From NCBI GenBank assembly GCA_027365475.1, contig DAHXNI010000012.1, positions 3,456 through 67,455 of the forward strand: DNA of 64,000 bases. The letters run 5' to 3'. Made by a program: the position numbers and the translations under genes. The stretch is from Pseudomonadota bacterium. GTDB taxonomy: Bacteria; Pseudomonadota; Gammaproteobacteria; JAKAQQ01. The notes under the pieces are model-generated. The model was not told the origin of the DNA, did not search any database, and worked only from the letters and a program-made list of their open reading frames with translations. Below are positions 38,693 to 47,819 of this stretch, piece after piece. Within the stretch, counting starts at the first letter, position 1, and the number at the start of each line of letters is the position of its first letter.

Positions 38693-39663
38693 AACGCGGG
38701 ACGACAGTGCATACCGGAGACGATCTCGTCCCGGTTGTCGCACTCTGTCTCAAGGACGGGTCGGGCCGGATCTTGGCCCAAAGGCGCCCACCCGACCGAT
38801 CCTGGGCTGGATTCTGGGAGTTTCCCGGAGGTAAGGTTCAGCCGGGAGAAACCAGCCGGGCTGCACTCGGGCGCGAGATCCGCGAAGAGCTCGGTATCGA
38901 GATTAAAGGCGTCGAGCCTCTCTGCCGTCGCGTCTACCGTGCACAGGGCTTGGCTCTGTCACTCGACTTTTTTACGGCCCGGAGCTTCAAAGGGACGCCG
39001 GTCGGAGTGGAGGGGCAGATCATCGAATGGCTGTTTCCCGCTGAACTCGCTGCGCGTCCATGGCTTCCAGCGGATCGCCCGATCGTGACCGCACTCGCAC
39101 TTGGCCAGTTTTGCGGGGTGACGCCCAGGCTTACCCGATCCGACCCCGACTTCATCGAAGCTGGCTTCCGGGAATCCCTGGCCCAGGGGCTCCATTTTAT
39201 TCTGGTCCGCTTTGAGGCTGGAGCGGGTAGATCCGTTTCAGACCAGGCCCCGCTTTTGGCCTGGGCCAGGGATCGCGGACTCGTTCTTGCGCTCGAATAT
39301 GTCCACGGAAACCCAGAATCACCGGTCATTCATCTCCAGGCGGATCAGGCTCGAAAACTCGATGCTCGTCCTGCACCGGATGAAATTCTCCTTGGAGTCT
39401 CCACTCACAACGAAGCGGAGATCAAGCGGGCGCAGGTACTCTCGGCCGATTATCTCTTTCTGGGCCATGTCGAATCCACACCGAGCCACCCCGGTCAACC
39501 GGATCTCGGTTGGGATGAATGGACCCGGCTCGCCGCCCGGAGCGAGTGTCCGGTTTACGCGATCGGGGGCCTCGGCCCCGCTGACCTCACCCGCGCGAGA
39601 GCAGCTGGTGCAGCGGGTATCGCCGGCATCCGGGCGTTCTGGAAGATGCCTGACTTGAGCTGA
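38689..39663 (+). CDS. mutT: Nudix 8-oxo-dGTP diphosphatase (MutT) fused to a thiamine-phosphate-synthase-like (TMP-TENI) domain
   Basis: ATGA overlap with secA at 38689-38692. The Nudix box is [30 protein letters not shown]. The C-terminal half carries the GVSTHN...YAIGGL...[10 protein letters not shown] ThiE-fold blocks. Confidence 0.8.
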   Translation: MKRGTTVHTGDDLVPVVALCLKDGSGRILAQRRPPDRSWAGFWEFPGGKVQPGETSRAALGREIREELGIEIKGVEPLCRRVYRAQGLALSLDFFTARSFKGTPVGVEGQIIEWLFPAELAARPWLPADRPIVTALALGQFCGVTPRLTRSDPDFIEAGFRESLAQGLHFILVRFEAGAGRSVSDQAPLLAWARDRGLVLALEYVHGNPESPVIHLQADQARKLDARPAPDEILLGVSTHNEAEIKRAQVLSADYLFLGHVESTPSHPGQPDLGWDEWTRLAARSECPVYAIGGLGPADLTRARAAGAAGIAGIRAFWKMPDLS

Positions 39664-40057
39664 GCAGTCGGGCGCGCTCCCCGTTTACGGGACGAGGCTG
39701 ACTGTTGAATCGGCATGGAAGTGTTGAATTCAAGCGGCATACCGAAACGGTTCACGTTCGTAGTGACTCTTGAAGCGCCCGGCCTGCCTTGCTCCACGCG
39801 ATGACCGTCTATCCCGCCGCCAAGGTGGATGTGATCGACGGGGGGCCGTGCTCCATCCATCCGCCCCGGCGGTTCCCAACCGCCCGCCACTGCGCGACTG
39901 CGCTCCGCTGCGGCCTCCGGGCGGCTCCTTGACGCCTCTCCGCAACTCTACTTTGGTTACGTTTCGCCCTAATTACCGGAAATTACCCGGTAAAAATGAG
40001 ACTGAATCCCGAGCAGGTTCCGAGCCGTCGCGCGGCGGGACGGGAGCGAGCATCCTA

Positions 40058-40087
40058 TATAGCTTAAATGGCTATTTGAGCTATAAT
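40058..40087 (+). promoter_or_regulatory. Candidate promoter/operator of the toxin-antitoxin pair
   Basis: A perfect 7-bp inverted repeat, TATAGCT (40058-40064) and AGCTATA (40079-40085), is separated by 14 nt. The right arm overlaps a consensus TATAAT (40082-40087), about 30 nt upstream of the antitoxin ATG. Confidence 0.4.
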
Positions 40088-40116
40088 AGGCCCGTCTGCT
40101 GTGAGAGGTATTCCCA

Positions 40117-40461
40117 ATGAGCACGCTATCTCTACGAAACAGTCGCGGCCAAGCCGTGGAATCTTTTAGCGCTACTGACGCCAAGAACGCGTTCGGTGCG
40201 GTCCTGGAAAAGGCCCTGACCAAGGGCATGGCGACCATCACGAAGCGGGGCAAGGCTCGGGCGGTACTGCTTTCTGTAGAGGAGTACCAAGCGCTCCTGG
40301 AACGGGTTCCTGATCCCTTGAAGACGCTGAGTTCGGAGTTCGATGCGCTCGTGGCGCGCATGCAGACCCCCAAGGCAAAGGCGGCGGGTAAGGCTCTGTT
40401 CAAGGCGTCACCGGCCGAGCTTGGAAAAGCAATGGTAGTCCGCGCCCGTAAGCGTGGTTAA
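40117..40461 (+). CDS. Phd/YefM-type antitoxin
   Basis: 114 aa with GAGAGG SD. The N-terminal SATDAKNAFGAVLEKA...TITKRGKARAVLLSVEEYQAL matches the Phd/YefM fold signature. The C-terminal tail is basic and low-complexity. Confidence 0.7.
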   Translation: MSTLSLRNSRGQAVESFSATDAKNAFGAVLEKALTKGMATITKRGKARAVLLSVEEYQALLERVPDPLKTLSSEFDALVARMQTPKAKAAGKALFKASPAELGKAMVVRARKRG

Positions 40462-41089
40462 ACCCACGGTCTGCATCTGGGTGCTGGCAGGAACGAACGG
40501 TGCTGGTAAGAGCAGCGTTGCCGGTACATTTGTGCGGCAGGAAGGCGGCGATTACTTCAACCCCGACGAGGTCACGAAACGCATCTGTGAGTTGCAACCA
40601 GGAATTTCCGAGAACGTAGCCAACAGCTTGGCCTGGGTGGAAGGATTGAAAAGACTGGAGGCTGCGATCCAGGACCGACATGATTACTGGTTTGAAACCA
40701 CTCTAGGCGGCAACACCATGATAGCGACGCTGGAGTCTGCCTTGTTGGCGGGTCTGGACGTCCGCATCTGGTACATCGGTCTCAGAAGCCCGGAGTTGCA
40801 TATTGCTCGTGTGGCGGAGCGCGTAAAACACGGAGGGCATGACATCCCCACGGATAAGATTCGCGCGCGCTACGACAGCAGCCGACGAAACCTCATCCAT
40901 CTCTTACCTCGCCTGACTGAAGTTCGTATTTTCGACAACAGTAAAGATGCCAATCCGGTAACCGGCAAGCGGCCACAGCCGCTGCTGATCCTTCATATGC
41001 GGCATGGGCAAATCCTCAATTCCATCGAGTTGTCGCAGACTCCGGAATGGGCAAAACCGATAATCACTGCTGCTATAACCGGCCGTTGA
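40454..41089 (+). CDS. Zeta-toxin / COG4185-like P-loop kinase (putative toxin)
   Basis: The GTG start overlaps the antitoxin by 8 nt. Walker A is LAGTNGAGKSS, followed by a later ETTLGG block and RVKHGGHDIP, as in zeta/PezT-like and COG4185 ATPases. Confidence 0.65.
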   Translation: MVKPTVCIWVLAGTNGAGKSSVAGTFVRQEGGDYFNPDEVTKRICELQPGISENVANSLAWVEGLKRLEAAIQDRHDYWFETTLGGNTMIATLESALLAGLDVRIWYIGLRSPELHIARVAERVKHGGHDIPTDKIRARYDSSRRNLIHLLPRLTEVRIFDNSKDANPVTGKRPQPLLILHMRHGQILNSIELSQTPEWAKPIITAAITGR

Positions 41090-41428
41090 TTTGCTCTGCG
41101 GTATTTTCAGGCTTGACTATCCTTTCCGAAACGATAACCGGGTTGGAGAGTGATCGATGCGGACGGGGGGGCTCGATCCCGCCCGAGCGACAGCATCCCG
41201 TAACACACGCATCCCAGGTCCGATCCTCCTGGTTTATGCATCTTGGTTGATACTGTGTTCGGACAGTCATGGTGTCAATTGGCACCGGGATTCAGCCCAT
41301 CAACTGCTGTAAATAGCACGGCTCCCGCAAGTGATTGAGATGTATTTTCGATCCGCGTGGTATCTCCCGCATGATGGATTAGTGCGAACCTGATTCCGAA
41401 CGCCTGCACATGTCCCGGCGGGAGCAGG

Positions 41429-42232
41429 CTAAATCTGGCAGTGCTGGATCTGCCAGTGGACAGCGGTTTTGACCGCGGTGGGGCGCTCACAGAGGTTGGG
41501 CTGGGTCAGGAAACGGATGAACAACCGGTGCCGGTTGGCGCTGACCTCAGGAAAATAAGCGCAGCCGGGATCCAGAGCGATCCGGATCAGGCTCATGGTG
41601 GCAAGCGGGGTGAGATCCTGTTCAAAACCCCCGTTGGGCGCTACCCGATCCGTAAAGTCGGCGCTCTCGCGCAGCAACTTGAGATAGAAGTGGATGGCCG
41701 ATTCGATCGGTGCGAGTTCACCGTACCAGGCATCCAATGTGGCCTGACGCGCGGTTGGTTCAAGCTGGATGAACCGTCCATACGCCGGAACATCGAAGTC
41801 GGTTGCGCCTCCCGGCAGAACCGCCTTGCTTTTTATGAGATTGAGGAGTTCGCAGTTTTTGAGACCTTCACCCACGCGTTCCTGGGGGTCGAGTAGTGCC
41901 CGTGTTTTTTGCGAGAACTCGGCCAGCAGGCGATCGAGCCGCTTGGGATCGAGATGCGGGAGGGCGCGGAGCTGACTCCAGGTGAGTTGGACACGCTCAA
42001 ACTCGCGCAGGATCTCCTTTCGTATGTCACCACGCTGGAGCAGGATACCGAGATCGAGGAGGTGTCCGATCCGTGCATGCAAGGCGCCGGTCCCAGACAC
42101 CTGACTGAGATCCCGGTTATGCAAGAAAAGCCATTCGAGTCTCAGGAAGAGGCGGATCCGCTCATTCAGGGGATGTTCATAGATGCAGCGTCGATCCGTA
42201 CCAGCTCCGGTCGTGAACAGCGGCTTGCTCAC
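41429..42232 (-). CDS. zapD: Cell division protein ZapD
   Basis: YEHPLNERIRLFLRLEWLF near the N-terminus. GTG at 42232 forms a GTGA overlap with the coaE stop (plus strand TCAC at 42229-42232). The track ATG at 42322 would lie 90 nt inside coaE. Confidence 0.8.
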   Translation of the reverse strand: MSKPLFTTGAGTDRRCIYEHPLNERIRLFLRLEWLFLHNRDLSQVSGTGALHARIGHLLDLGILLQRGDIRKEILREFERVQLTWSQLRALPHLDPKRLDRLLAEFSQKTRALLDPQERVGEGLKNCELLNLIKSKAVLPGGATDFDVPAYGRFIQLEPTARQATLDAWYGELAPIESAIHFYLKLLRESADFTDRVAPNGGFEQDLTPLATMSLIRIALDPGCAYFPEVSANRHRLFIRFLTQPNLCERPTAVKTAVHWQIQHCQI

Positions 42233-42867
42233 GTGCGTGATCCAGTTTGTCGGGTCTCGGTGATTCGATGTGCCGCGTAGTCTCGCGCGAGCGACCGGGC
42301 TGCCTCGGAGAGGGCATCCCATCCGTCCTCGTTGATCACAAGATCATCGGCCAGGGCTAGGCGGTCTATCCGTGATGCCTGGAGTGTCAGCATGCATCGG
42401 GCATCATCCGGAGAGACATCATCACGCTTGACGAGACGCTGGATCTGGGTCTCAGCCAAGCAGTCAATCACGAGAACCCGGTCGATCGGGATTTGCCAGT
42501 GGCCGGCTGACTCGGCCAGTAGCGGAATCACGACGAGTATCCAGTCTGCCTTCGAGGCCATCACGGCCTCAGCGAGTGCTGCCCAGATTTTAGGGTGGAG
42601 GATGGTTTCGAGACGGTGCCGGAGCTCCGGATCCTGGGCGATGGCGAACCGCAGGGCCCTGCGATCCATTGTGCCATCGGATCTAAAATAGTGATCGGCG
42701 AGGGTTTCGCGAAGCGCGACATAAAGTTCGCTGCCTGTCTCCGTCAGCTGTCGGCTGATCCGGTCGACATCAATGACAGTTGCCCCTGCCTCCGCGAAGT
42801 GGCGGGTGAGCATGCTTTTCCCACTCGCGATGCCTCCCGTCAGGGCGACCGTATAGGGACGGGTCAT
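42229..42867 (-). CDS. coaE: Dephospho-CoA kinase
   Basis: VALTGGIASGKS P-loop. It overlaps the pilD stop by 4 nt. Confidence 0.9.
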   Translation of the reverse strand: MTRPYTVALTGGIASGKSMLTRHFAEAGATVIDVDRISRQLTETGSELYVALRETLADHYFRSDGTMDRRALRFAIAQDPELRHRLETILHPKIWAALAEAVMASKADWILVVIPLLAESAGHWQIPIDRVLVIDCLAETQIQRLVKRDDVSPDDARCMLTLQASRIDRLALADDLVINEDGWDALSEAARSLARDYAAHRITETRQTGSRT

Positions 42868-43727
42868 GAAGTGTGCAGGCCTGTGAGCCAGAGCGAGATC
42901 AGCTGCGGCCCGAAGGCCAGCGCAATGAGCCCGGCACCCGCGAGGAAAGGCCCGAAGGGCAGGGGGTCTTCTCGTTTTTGTCGACCGGCCATGATGAGTC
43001 CGATACCGGTCACAGCCCCGATGGCCGAGGCCGCGAGGATGATGAGGACGAGGCTCATGGCTCCAAGCCAGGCACCCAAAAGGGCCAGCAGTTTGAAATC
43101 ACCATATCCGAGACCCTCTTTACCTGTGATGAGCCGGAACGCCTGATAGACCGCCCAGAGAAAGAGGTAACCCGCAATGGCCCCCCAGAGAGCCGACCTC
43201 AGGGGCACGAATATATCGAAGCTGTTCAGAATGAGTCCCAGCCAGAGTCCCGGGATCGTGATGCTGTCCGGCAGGATTTTGTGATCGAAGTCAATGAACG
43301 AGAGGGCGATCAGCATCCAGACGAGCACCATGGCGCCAATCGCTTTGAGCGGGTGATCGAAACCCCAGGCGCAGAGGAATGCCCCGAGTCCGGCGGCAAG
43401 TTCAACCACGGGATAGCGCACACTGATTGCCTGGTGGCAGAAATAGCAGCGCCCGCGCAAAAAAAGCCAGCTCAGGACCGGCACATTGGCCCAGGGGGGG
43501 ATCGGGTGGCTACATCCCGGACAATGTGAGCCGGGATGGGCGAGATTGAAGACCGGTCCGGTCTCCGTTGTCGTCCCCGCGAGTTCGGCGCAATCACGCT
43601 GCCAGCGGGCTTCGAGCATGCGTGGCAGACGGTGAATCACGACATTCAGGAAACTGCCTACCACAAGACCCAAAAGGCCTGCTGTGACGAGGTACCATGC
43701 CATCAGGCGACTTGGGATGACGATCAC
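42864..43727 (-). CDS. pilD: Prepilin leader peptidase / N-methyltransferase
   Basis: CPGCSHPI...RGRCYFCHQ zinc motif and GYGDFKLLA aspartyl-protease block. Confidence 0.9.
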   Translation of the reverse strand: MIVIPSRLMAWYLVTAGLLGLVVGSFLNVVIHRLPRMLEARWQRDCAELAGTTTETGPVFNLAHPGSHCPGCSHPIPPWANVPVLSWLFLRGRCYFCHQAISVRYPVVELAAGLGAFLCAWGFDHPLKAIGAMVLVWMLIALSFIDFDHKILPDSITIPGLWLGLILNSFDIFVPLRSALWGAIAGYLFLWAVYQAFRLITGKEGLGYGDFKLLALLGAWLGAMSLVLIILAASAIGAVTGIGLIMAGRQKREDPLPFGPFLAGAGLIALAFGPQLISLWLTGLHTS

Positions 43728-43784
43728 GAAGCTGCTCTCGGACCGGAGTCCCGGGATGGAATCATGTGAGCGGAGGGGGTGGTC

Positions 43785-45002
43785 TTAAACCACAGAACCC
43801 AACTTGAAGATCGGAAGGTACATGGCCACCACGAGGCTACCGACAATGATCCCGAGGACCACGATAATGATCGGCTCAAGGAGTGTGCTCAGGGTTTCAA
43901 CCGCGTTATCGACCTCATTCTCGTAGATTACGGCGACCTTGTTGGCCATATCCTGGATTTTCCCGGACTGTTCGCCGATCGCAATCATCTGGACCACTGC
44001 GTTCGGAAAGAGATCGGTCTGTTTCATGGTTTCCTGAAGACTGCGTCCGGTTGCCACCTGATCGCGGATCCTGTGGATTCCGATTTCATAGACGCGGTTG
44101 CCAGCCGTACCAGCAATGATGTCGAGGCCCTCGACCATCGGTACCCCCGCCCCGTACATAGTGGCCAGTGAGCGTGCAAAGCGGGCAATGATGGCCTTTT
44201 TGAGAATCGCGCCGATGATCGGAATCCGGAGGATAGCCTGGTCCACGCGAAGGCGAAACGCCGCCGAGCGCCGGTAGAACCACGTGATGGCGGAAACAAT
44301 GGCAGCGATGACCACGATGTAAACCGGGGCGTAGTTGCGGACACTCTCGGACAGATCGATGACCATCCGGGTGTACGCCGGAAGGGAGGCGCCAAAGCCG
44401 TTAAACAGTTTCTGGAACTCCGGAATGACCCAGATCAGCATGACAATCATGACAAGTACGGCGACTGCAATCACCGACGCCGGGTAAAACATCGCCTTCT
44501 TGATCTTCGACTTGATGTATTCCATTTTTTCCTTGTAAGTGGCGATCTTTTCGAGCAGTTGCTCGAGCTGACCCGAGTGCTCGCCAGCCTGGACCAGATT
44601 GACGAAAAGCGTATCGAAGTATTTGGGATACTCGGAGAGTGCCTTGGAAAGCGCAGTACCACTTTCCACATCGGCTTTCATACGCCCGACCAGATTCTGC
44701 ATGCGCGGGTTGTTGTCGCTTGTTCCGATAATGTCGAGCGACTGGACGATCGGCACGCCCGCACCGGTCAAGGTGGCGAGCTGCCGGGTGAAGTTGGCAA
44801 TGTCGCGAGGGCGGATCCGCCGCCCACGCGCTGATTTGAAGCGTTCGCGCCGGATCCGGGTGACCGTGATGCCCTGTCCGCGGAGCTGGTTGCGCAGGAG
44901 TGCTTCTGCGACTGAAGGCTCGCGCCCGCGGACCCGGTGGCCCTGTCGGTCGCGCCCCTCCCACTGAAAGGTTGTGATTCGAACGTTTGCTTTGCTGGCC
45001 AT
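43785..45002 (-). CDS. pilC: Type IV pilus inner-membrane platform protein PilC
   Basis: 405 aa with duplicated GspF domains (LATLTGAGVPIVQSL and LATMYGAGVPMVEGL). Confidence 0.9.
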   Translation of the reverse strand: MASKANVRITTFQWEGRDRQGHRVRGREPSVAEALLRNQLRGQGITVTRIRRERFKSARGRRIRPRDIANFTRQLATLTGAGVPIVQSLDIIGTSDNNPRMQNLVGRMKADVESGTALSKALSEYPKYFDTLFVNLVQAGEHSGQLEQLLEKIATYKEKMEYIKSKIKKAMFYPASVIAVAVLVMIVMLIWVIPEFQKLFNGFGASLPAYTRMVIDLSESVRNYAPVYIVVIAAIVSAITWFYRRSAAFRLRVDQAILRIPIIGAILKKAIIARFARSLATMYGAGVPMVEGLDIIAGTAGNRVYEIGIHRIRDQVATGRSLQETMKQTDLFPNAVVQMIAIGEQSGKIQDMANKVAVIYENEVDNAVETLSTLLEPIIIVVLGIIVGSLVVAMYLPIFKLGSVV

Positions 45003-45013
45003 ATTCCACCCGC

Positions 45014-46765
45014 CTAACTGGAGATTACCCGATCGATCTCCTCAAGTGATGTGACACCGTGCGCTACCTTTTCGAGGCCGGCCCGTCTGAGATCCCAGAT
45101 CCCCTCGGTATGGGCCTGAGCGGCAATCTGGATGGCATTGGCACGGTTCATCATGAGTTCGGACATCGCATCCGAAATCGGGAAAACCTGGTAGATGCCG
45201 ATCCGCCCCCGGTATCCCTGCTGACATTGGGGACAGCCATCGGGATTTGCGTGAAAGATCTTGGGCGACTGTGCAGTCAGTGCGGGCGGAAAACCTGCCT
45301 CGTCCAGTGCCTGGGGAGTCATATTGGCACGCTGTTTGCAGTGTTCGCACAGTTTCCGGGCAAGCCGTTGAGAGATGATGAGGTGAATCGAACTTGCAAC
45401 CGAATAGGCGGGTACGCCGATATCAAGCAGCCGGGTGAGGGTCTGGGGTGCATCGTTGGTATGCAGGGTCGACAGGACCAAGTGTCCGGTTTGCGCCGCT
45501 TTGACAGCGATCTCGGCGGTTGGAAGATCGCGGATCTCGCCCACGAGAATGACGTCGGGATCCTGGCGGAGGAACGCCCGAAGCGCATCGGCGAATCCGA
45601 GTCCGATCGCAGGATAGACATTGACCTGATTCACGCCCGGGAGCTGGATCTCGACCGGATCCTCGGCGGTACTGATATTTCGTTCATTCGTATTGAGGTG
45701 GTTGATTCCGGCGTACATGGTCACCGTCTTGCCGCTCCCGGTCGGGCCCGTGACCAGAATCATGCCGTGCGACTGATTCAGCGCATGGAGGTAGATCTCT
45801 TTCTGGGCCGGTTCGAATCCGAGCGACTCAATCCCCATTTGGGACATGCTGGCATCGAGAAGACGAAGTACGATCTTCTCGCCATAGACGGCGGGAATGC
45901 TGCTCACCCGGAAGTCGATCGCGCGCTGCTTTCCGAGATTGACCCGGATTTTGCCATCCTGAGGCAGGCGATGTTCCGCAATATTGAGGCGGGCAAGCAC
46001 CTTGATCCGGGCGGCGATGCGTTCTTTGAACTGAACCGGAGGATGGCTGTAATCGCGCAGGATGCCGTCAATGCGCATGCGTACGCGGTAGAATTTTTCG
46101 TATGGCTCGAAATGGATGTCCGAGGCCTCCTTCTGGATGGCCTGCAGGATGGTGTTCTTGACGAAACGGATAATGGGCTGTTCATCGTCCTGGCTTGCGC
46201 CCATCTCAATGCTCGGGCTGGAAGCTTCGGCGCTGGAATCGAGATCGACCTCGTTCAAGAGGTTCGCCTCGTCGCTGGTCACCCCGGGCATGATCCCGTT
46301 GATGTTGTCGAGCATGTCCCCGATGGCCCGCTGGAGTTTGTCGTGCTCAACTAGAATGGGTTCGATCGCCCGTCCGGTCTTGAAGCGGATTTCGTCGAGT
46401 GCACGTGCCTGACCCAAGTCGGAGACTGCAATGTAAAGTGTGCTCCCCCGTTCGAAGAACGGCAGCACACGGTGTGCCTGAATCAGTCGTTCGTCGATTT
46501 TCCTGACGCACTCTGGATCGACTACGATCGCATTGAGGTCCATCAGCGGTCTGCCGAAGCAGATGGAGGCAGCCAGCGCGAGTTCACGCGCGGGGAGGCT
46601 CGCATGCTCTACGAGATAGGGAATCAGTGGGGTGTTGGCCGCACGGGCCTCTTGGTCCAGCTGGCGGGCGCGGGCATCCGCAAGCAAGCCTTGTGCGACC
46701 AGGGCCTGTATCAGGGATCCCGGTGGAGTGCGGCTTGTGGTGTTTGCGGCTGTCTGGGTTGCCAT
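45014..46765 (-). CDS. pilB: Type IV pilus assembly ATPase PilB
   Basis: GspE-family motifs: VTGPTGSGKT Walker A, ILVGEIRD and tetracysteine CEHC...CPQC. Confidence 0.92.
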   Translation of the reverse strand: MATQTAANTTSRTPPGSLIQALVAQGLLADARARQLDQEARAANTPLIPYLVEHASLPARELALAASICFGRPLMDLNAIVVDPECVRKIDERLIQAHRVLPFFERGSTLYIAVSDLGQARALDEIRFKTGRAIEPILVEHDKLQRAIGDMLDNINGIMPGVTSDEANLLNEVDLDSSAEASSPSIEMGASQDDEQPIIRFVKNTILQAIQKEASDIHFEPYEKFYRVRMRIDGILRDYSHPPVQFKERIAARIKVLARLNIAEHRLPQDGKIRVNLGKQRAIDFRVSSIPAVYGEKIVLRLLDASMSQMGIESLGFEPAQKEIYLHALNQSHGMILVTGPTGSGKTVTMYAGINHLNTNERNISTAEDPVEIQLPGVNQVNVYPAIGLGFADALRAFLRQDPDVILVGEIRDLPTAEIAVKAAQTGHLVLSTLHTNDAPQTLTRLLDIGVPAYSVASSIHLIISQRLARKLCEHCKQRANMTPQALDEAGFPPALTAQSPKIFHANPDGCPQCQQGYRGRIGIYQVFPISDAMSELMMNRANAIQIAAQAHTEGIWDLRRAGLEKVAHGVTSLEEIDRVISS

Positions 46766-46946
46766 GGATACCGGCTTCCGCGACGATCCGCGGCTCCTGT
46801 GGAATTCTTTGGTGAATCATAGCACGGAGACAGAAGGGGGGTGACCCCGGCTACGAGCTGCATGCCCGGCTCTAGGGCACTCTGGCCTGCTTTCGCCGTC
46901 CGCTCCTTTGCCCTATGATGCACCGATACCTCATGAAGATGCTCCC

Positions 46947-47819
46947 ATGCCTCAGGCCGGTCCTTCTCTCAGCATCATCCTTCCCGCCAAAAATGAGGGA
47001 TCGATTCTCCCAGCACTCCTCTTCCGGATTCGGACCCTGCATCCGGACGCGGAACTCATCGTCGTCGACGATGGGTCGATCGACCGGACCGCTCAAGTCG
47101 CGCAGGAGGCGGGAGCACGGGTGATATCCCATCCCTATTCGCTTGGAAACGGTGCCGCCGTGAAAAGCGGCGCCCGAGAAGCTCGGGGTGAGGTACTCGT
47201 ATTCCTCGATGCAGACGGGCAGCATCCACCGGAGGACATCAGCCGGCTCTTGGGGCCCCTTGCAGAGGGTTACACGATGGCGATCGGTGCACGCGATTCG
47301 GGATCACAGAGCAATCTGCTCCGTGCACTCGCAAATCAATTCTACAACCGCCTCTCAAGCTGGATGGTGGGGCACCGGATATTGGATTTGACCTCCGGGT
47401 TTCGTGCCGTACGCGCGGATCTGTTTCGCCGTTTCCTCTACCTTTTGCCAAACGGATTTTCATACCCCACGACCATTACCATGGCCTTTTTCCGGGTGGG
47501 TTACCCGGTCCGTTACGTCCCCTTTCATGCGCCTGCACGCTCTGCGAACCAGAGCCATCTGCATCCGATGAAAGATGGTGTCAAGTTCCTCCTGATCATC
47601 TTTCGGATCGGAATTCTGTATTCGCCGCTCAAAATATTTCTTCCGATCAGTCTGACCCTGTTCCTGTTGGGCCTCCTGCGCTATGGCTATACCTACTTTA
47701 CGACGGGTCTTCTGACCAATATGAGTGTGCTCCTCTGGATCACCGCAGTGCTCACGTTTTTGATCGGGCTCGTCTCGGAACAGATCACATCGCTGCTTTA
47801 CCGTGAACCTGGATCGTGA
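46947..47819 (+). CDS. GT2 polyprenol-phosphate glycosyltransferase (GtrB/ArnC/DPM1-like)
   Basis: LSIILPAKNE, LIVVDDGSIDRT and FLDADGQHPP motifs plus two C-terminal TM helices. The ATG at 46947 is preferred over the TTG at 46908. Confidence 0.8.
   Translation: MPQAGPSLSIILPAKNEGSILPALLFRIRTLHPDAELIVVDDGSIDRTAQVAQEAGARVISHPYSLGNGAAVKSGAREARGEVLVFLDADGQHPPEDISRLLGPLAEGYTMAIGARDSGSQSNLLRALANQFYNRLSSWMVGHRILDLTSGFRAVRADLFRRFLYLLPNGFSYPTTITMAFFRVGYPVRYVPFHAPARSANQSHLHPMKDGVKFLLIIFRIGILYSPLKIFLPISLTLFLLGLLRYGYTYFTTGLLTNMSVLLWITAVLTFLIGLVSEQITSLLYREPGS

Noticed and set aside
39730-40120. ORFs 39770..40120(+), 39730..39945(-) and 39555..39890(-) in the mutT-TA spacer.
   Set aside because: Their products are P/R/G-rich low-complexity sequences that overlap one another on both strands. 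They have no start context and no recognisable domain, so I treat the region as non-coding.
41165-41196. A tRNA-like T-arm (GGGGGGCTCGATCCCGCCC followed by GAGCGACA), considered as a possible tRNA gene or att-site remnant next to the TA pair.
   Set aside because: The stem contains a G-G mismatch and the loop is CTCGATC rather than TTCGAnT. No matching 5' acceptor strand (GTCGCTC), D-arm or anticodon arm is found upstream. It is too weak to call.
41073-41285. A 70-aa cysteine-containing minus-strand ORF, considered as a YacG candidate.
   Set aside because: The cysteine spacing (C16, C27, C31, C32) does not fit the YacG zinc ribbon. The ORF overlaps the toxin gene 3' end and lacks a ribosome-binding site.
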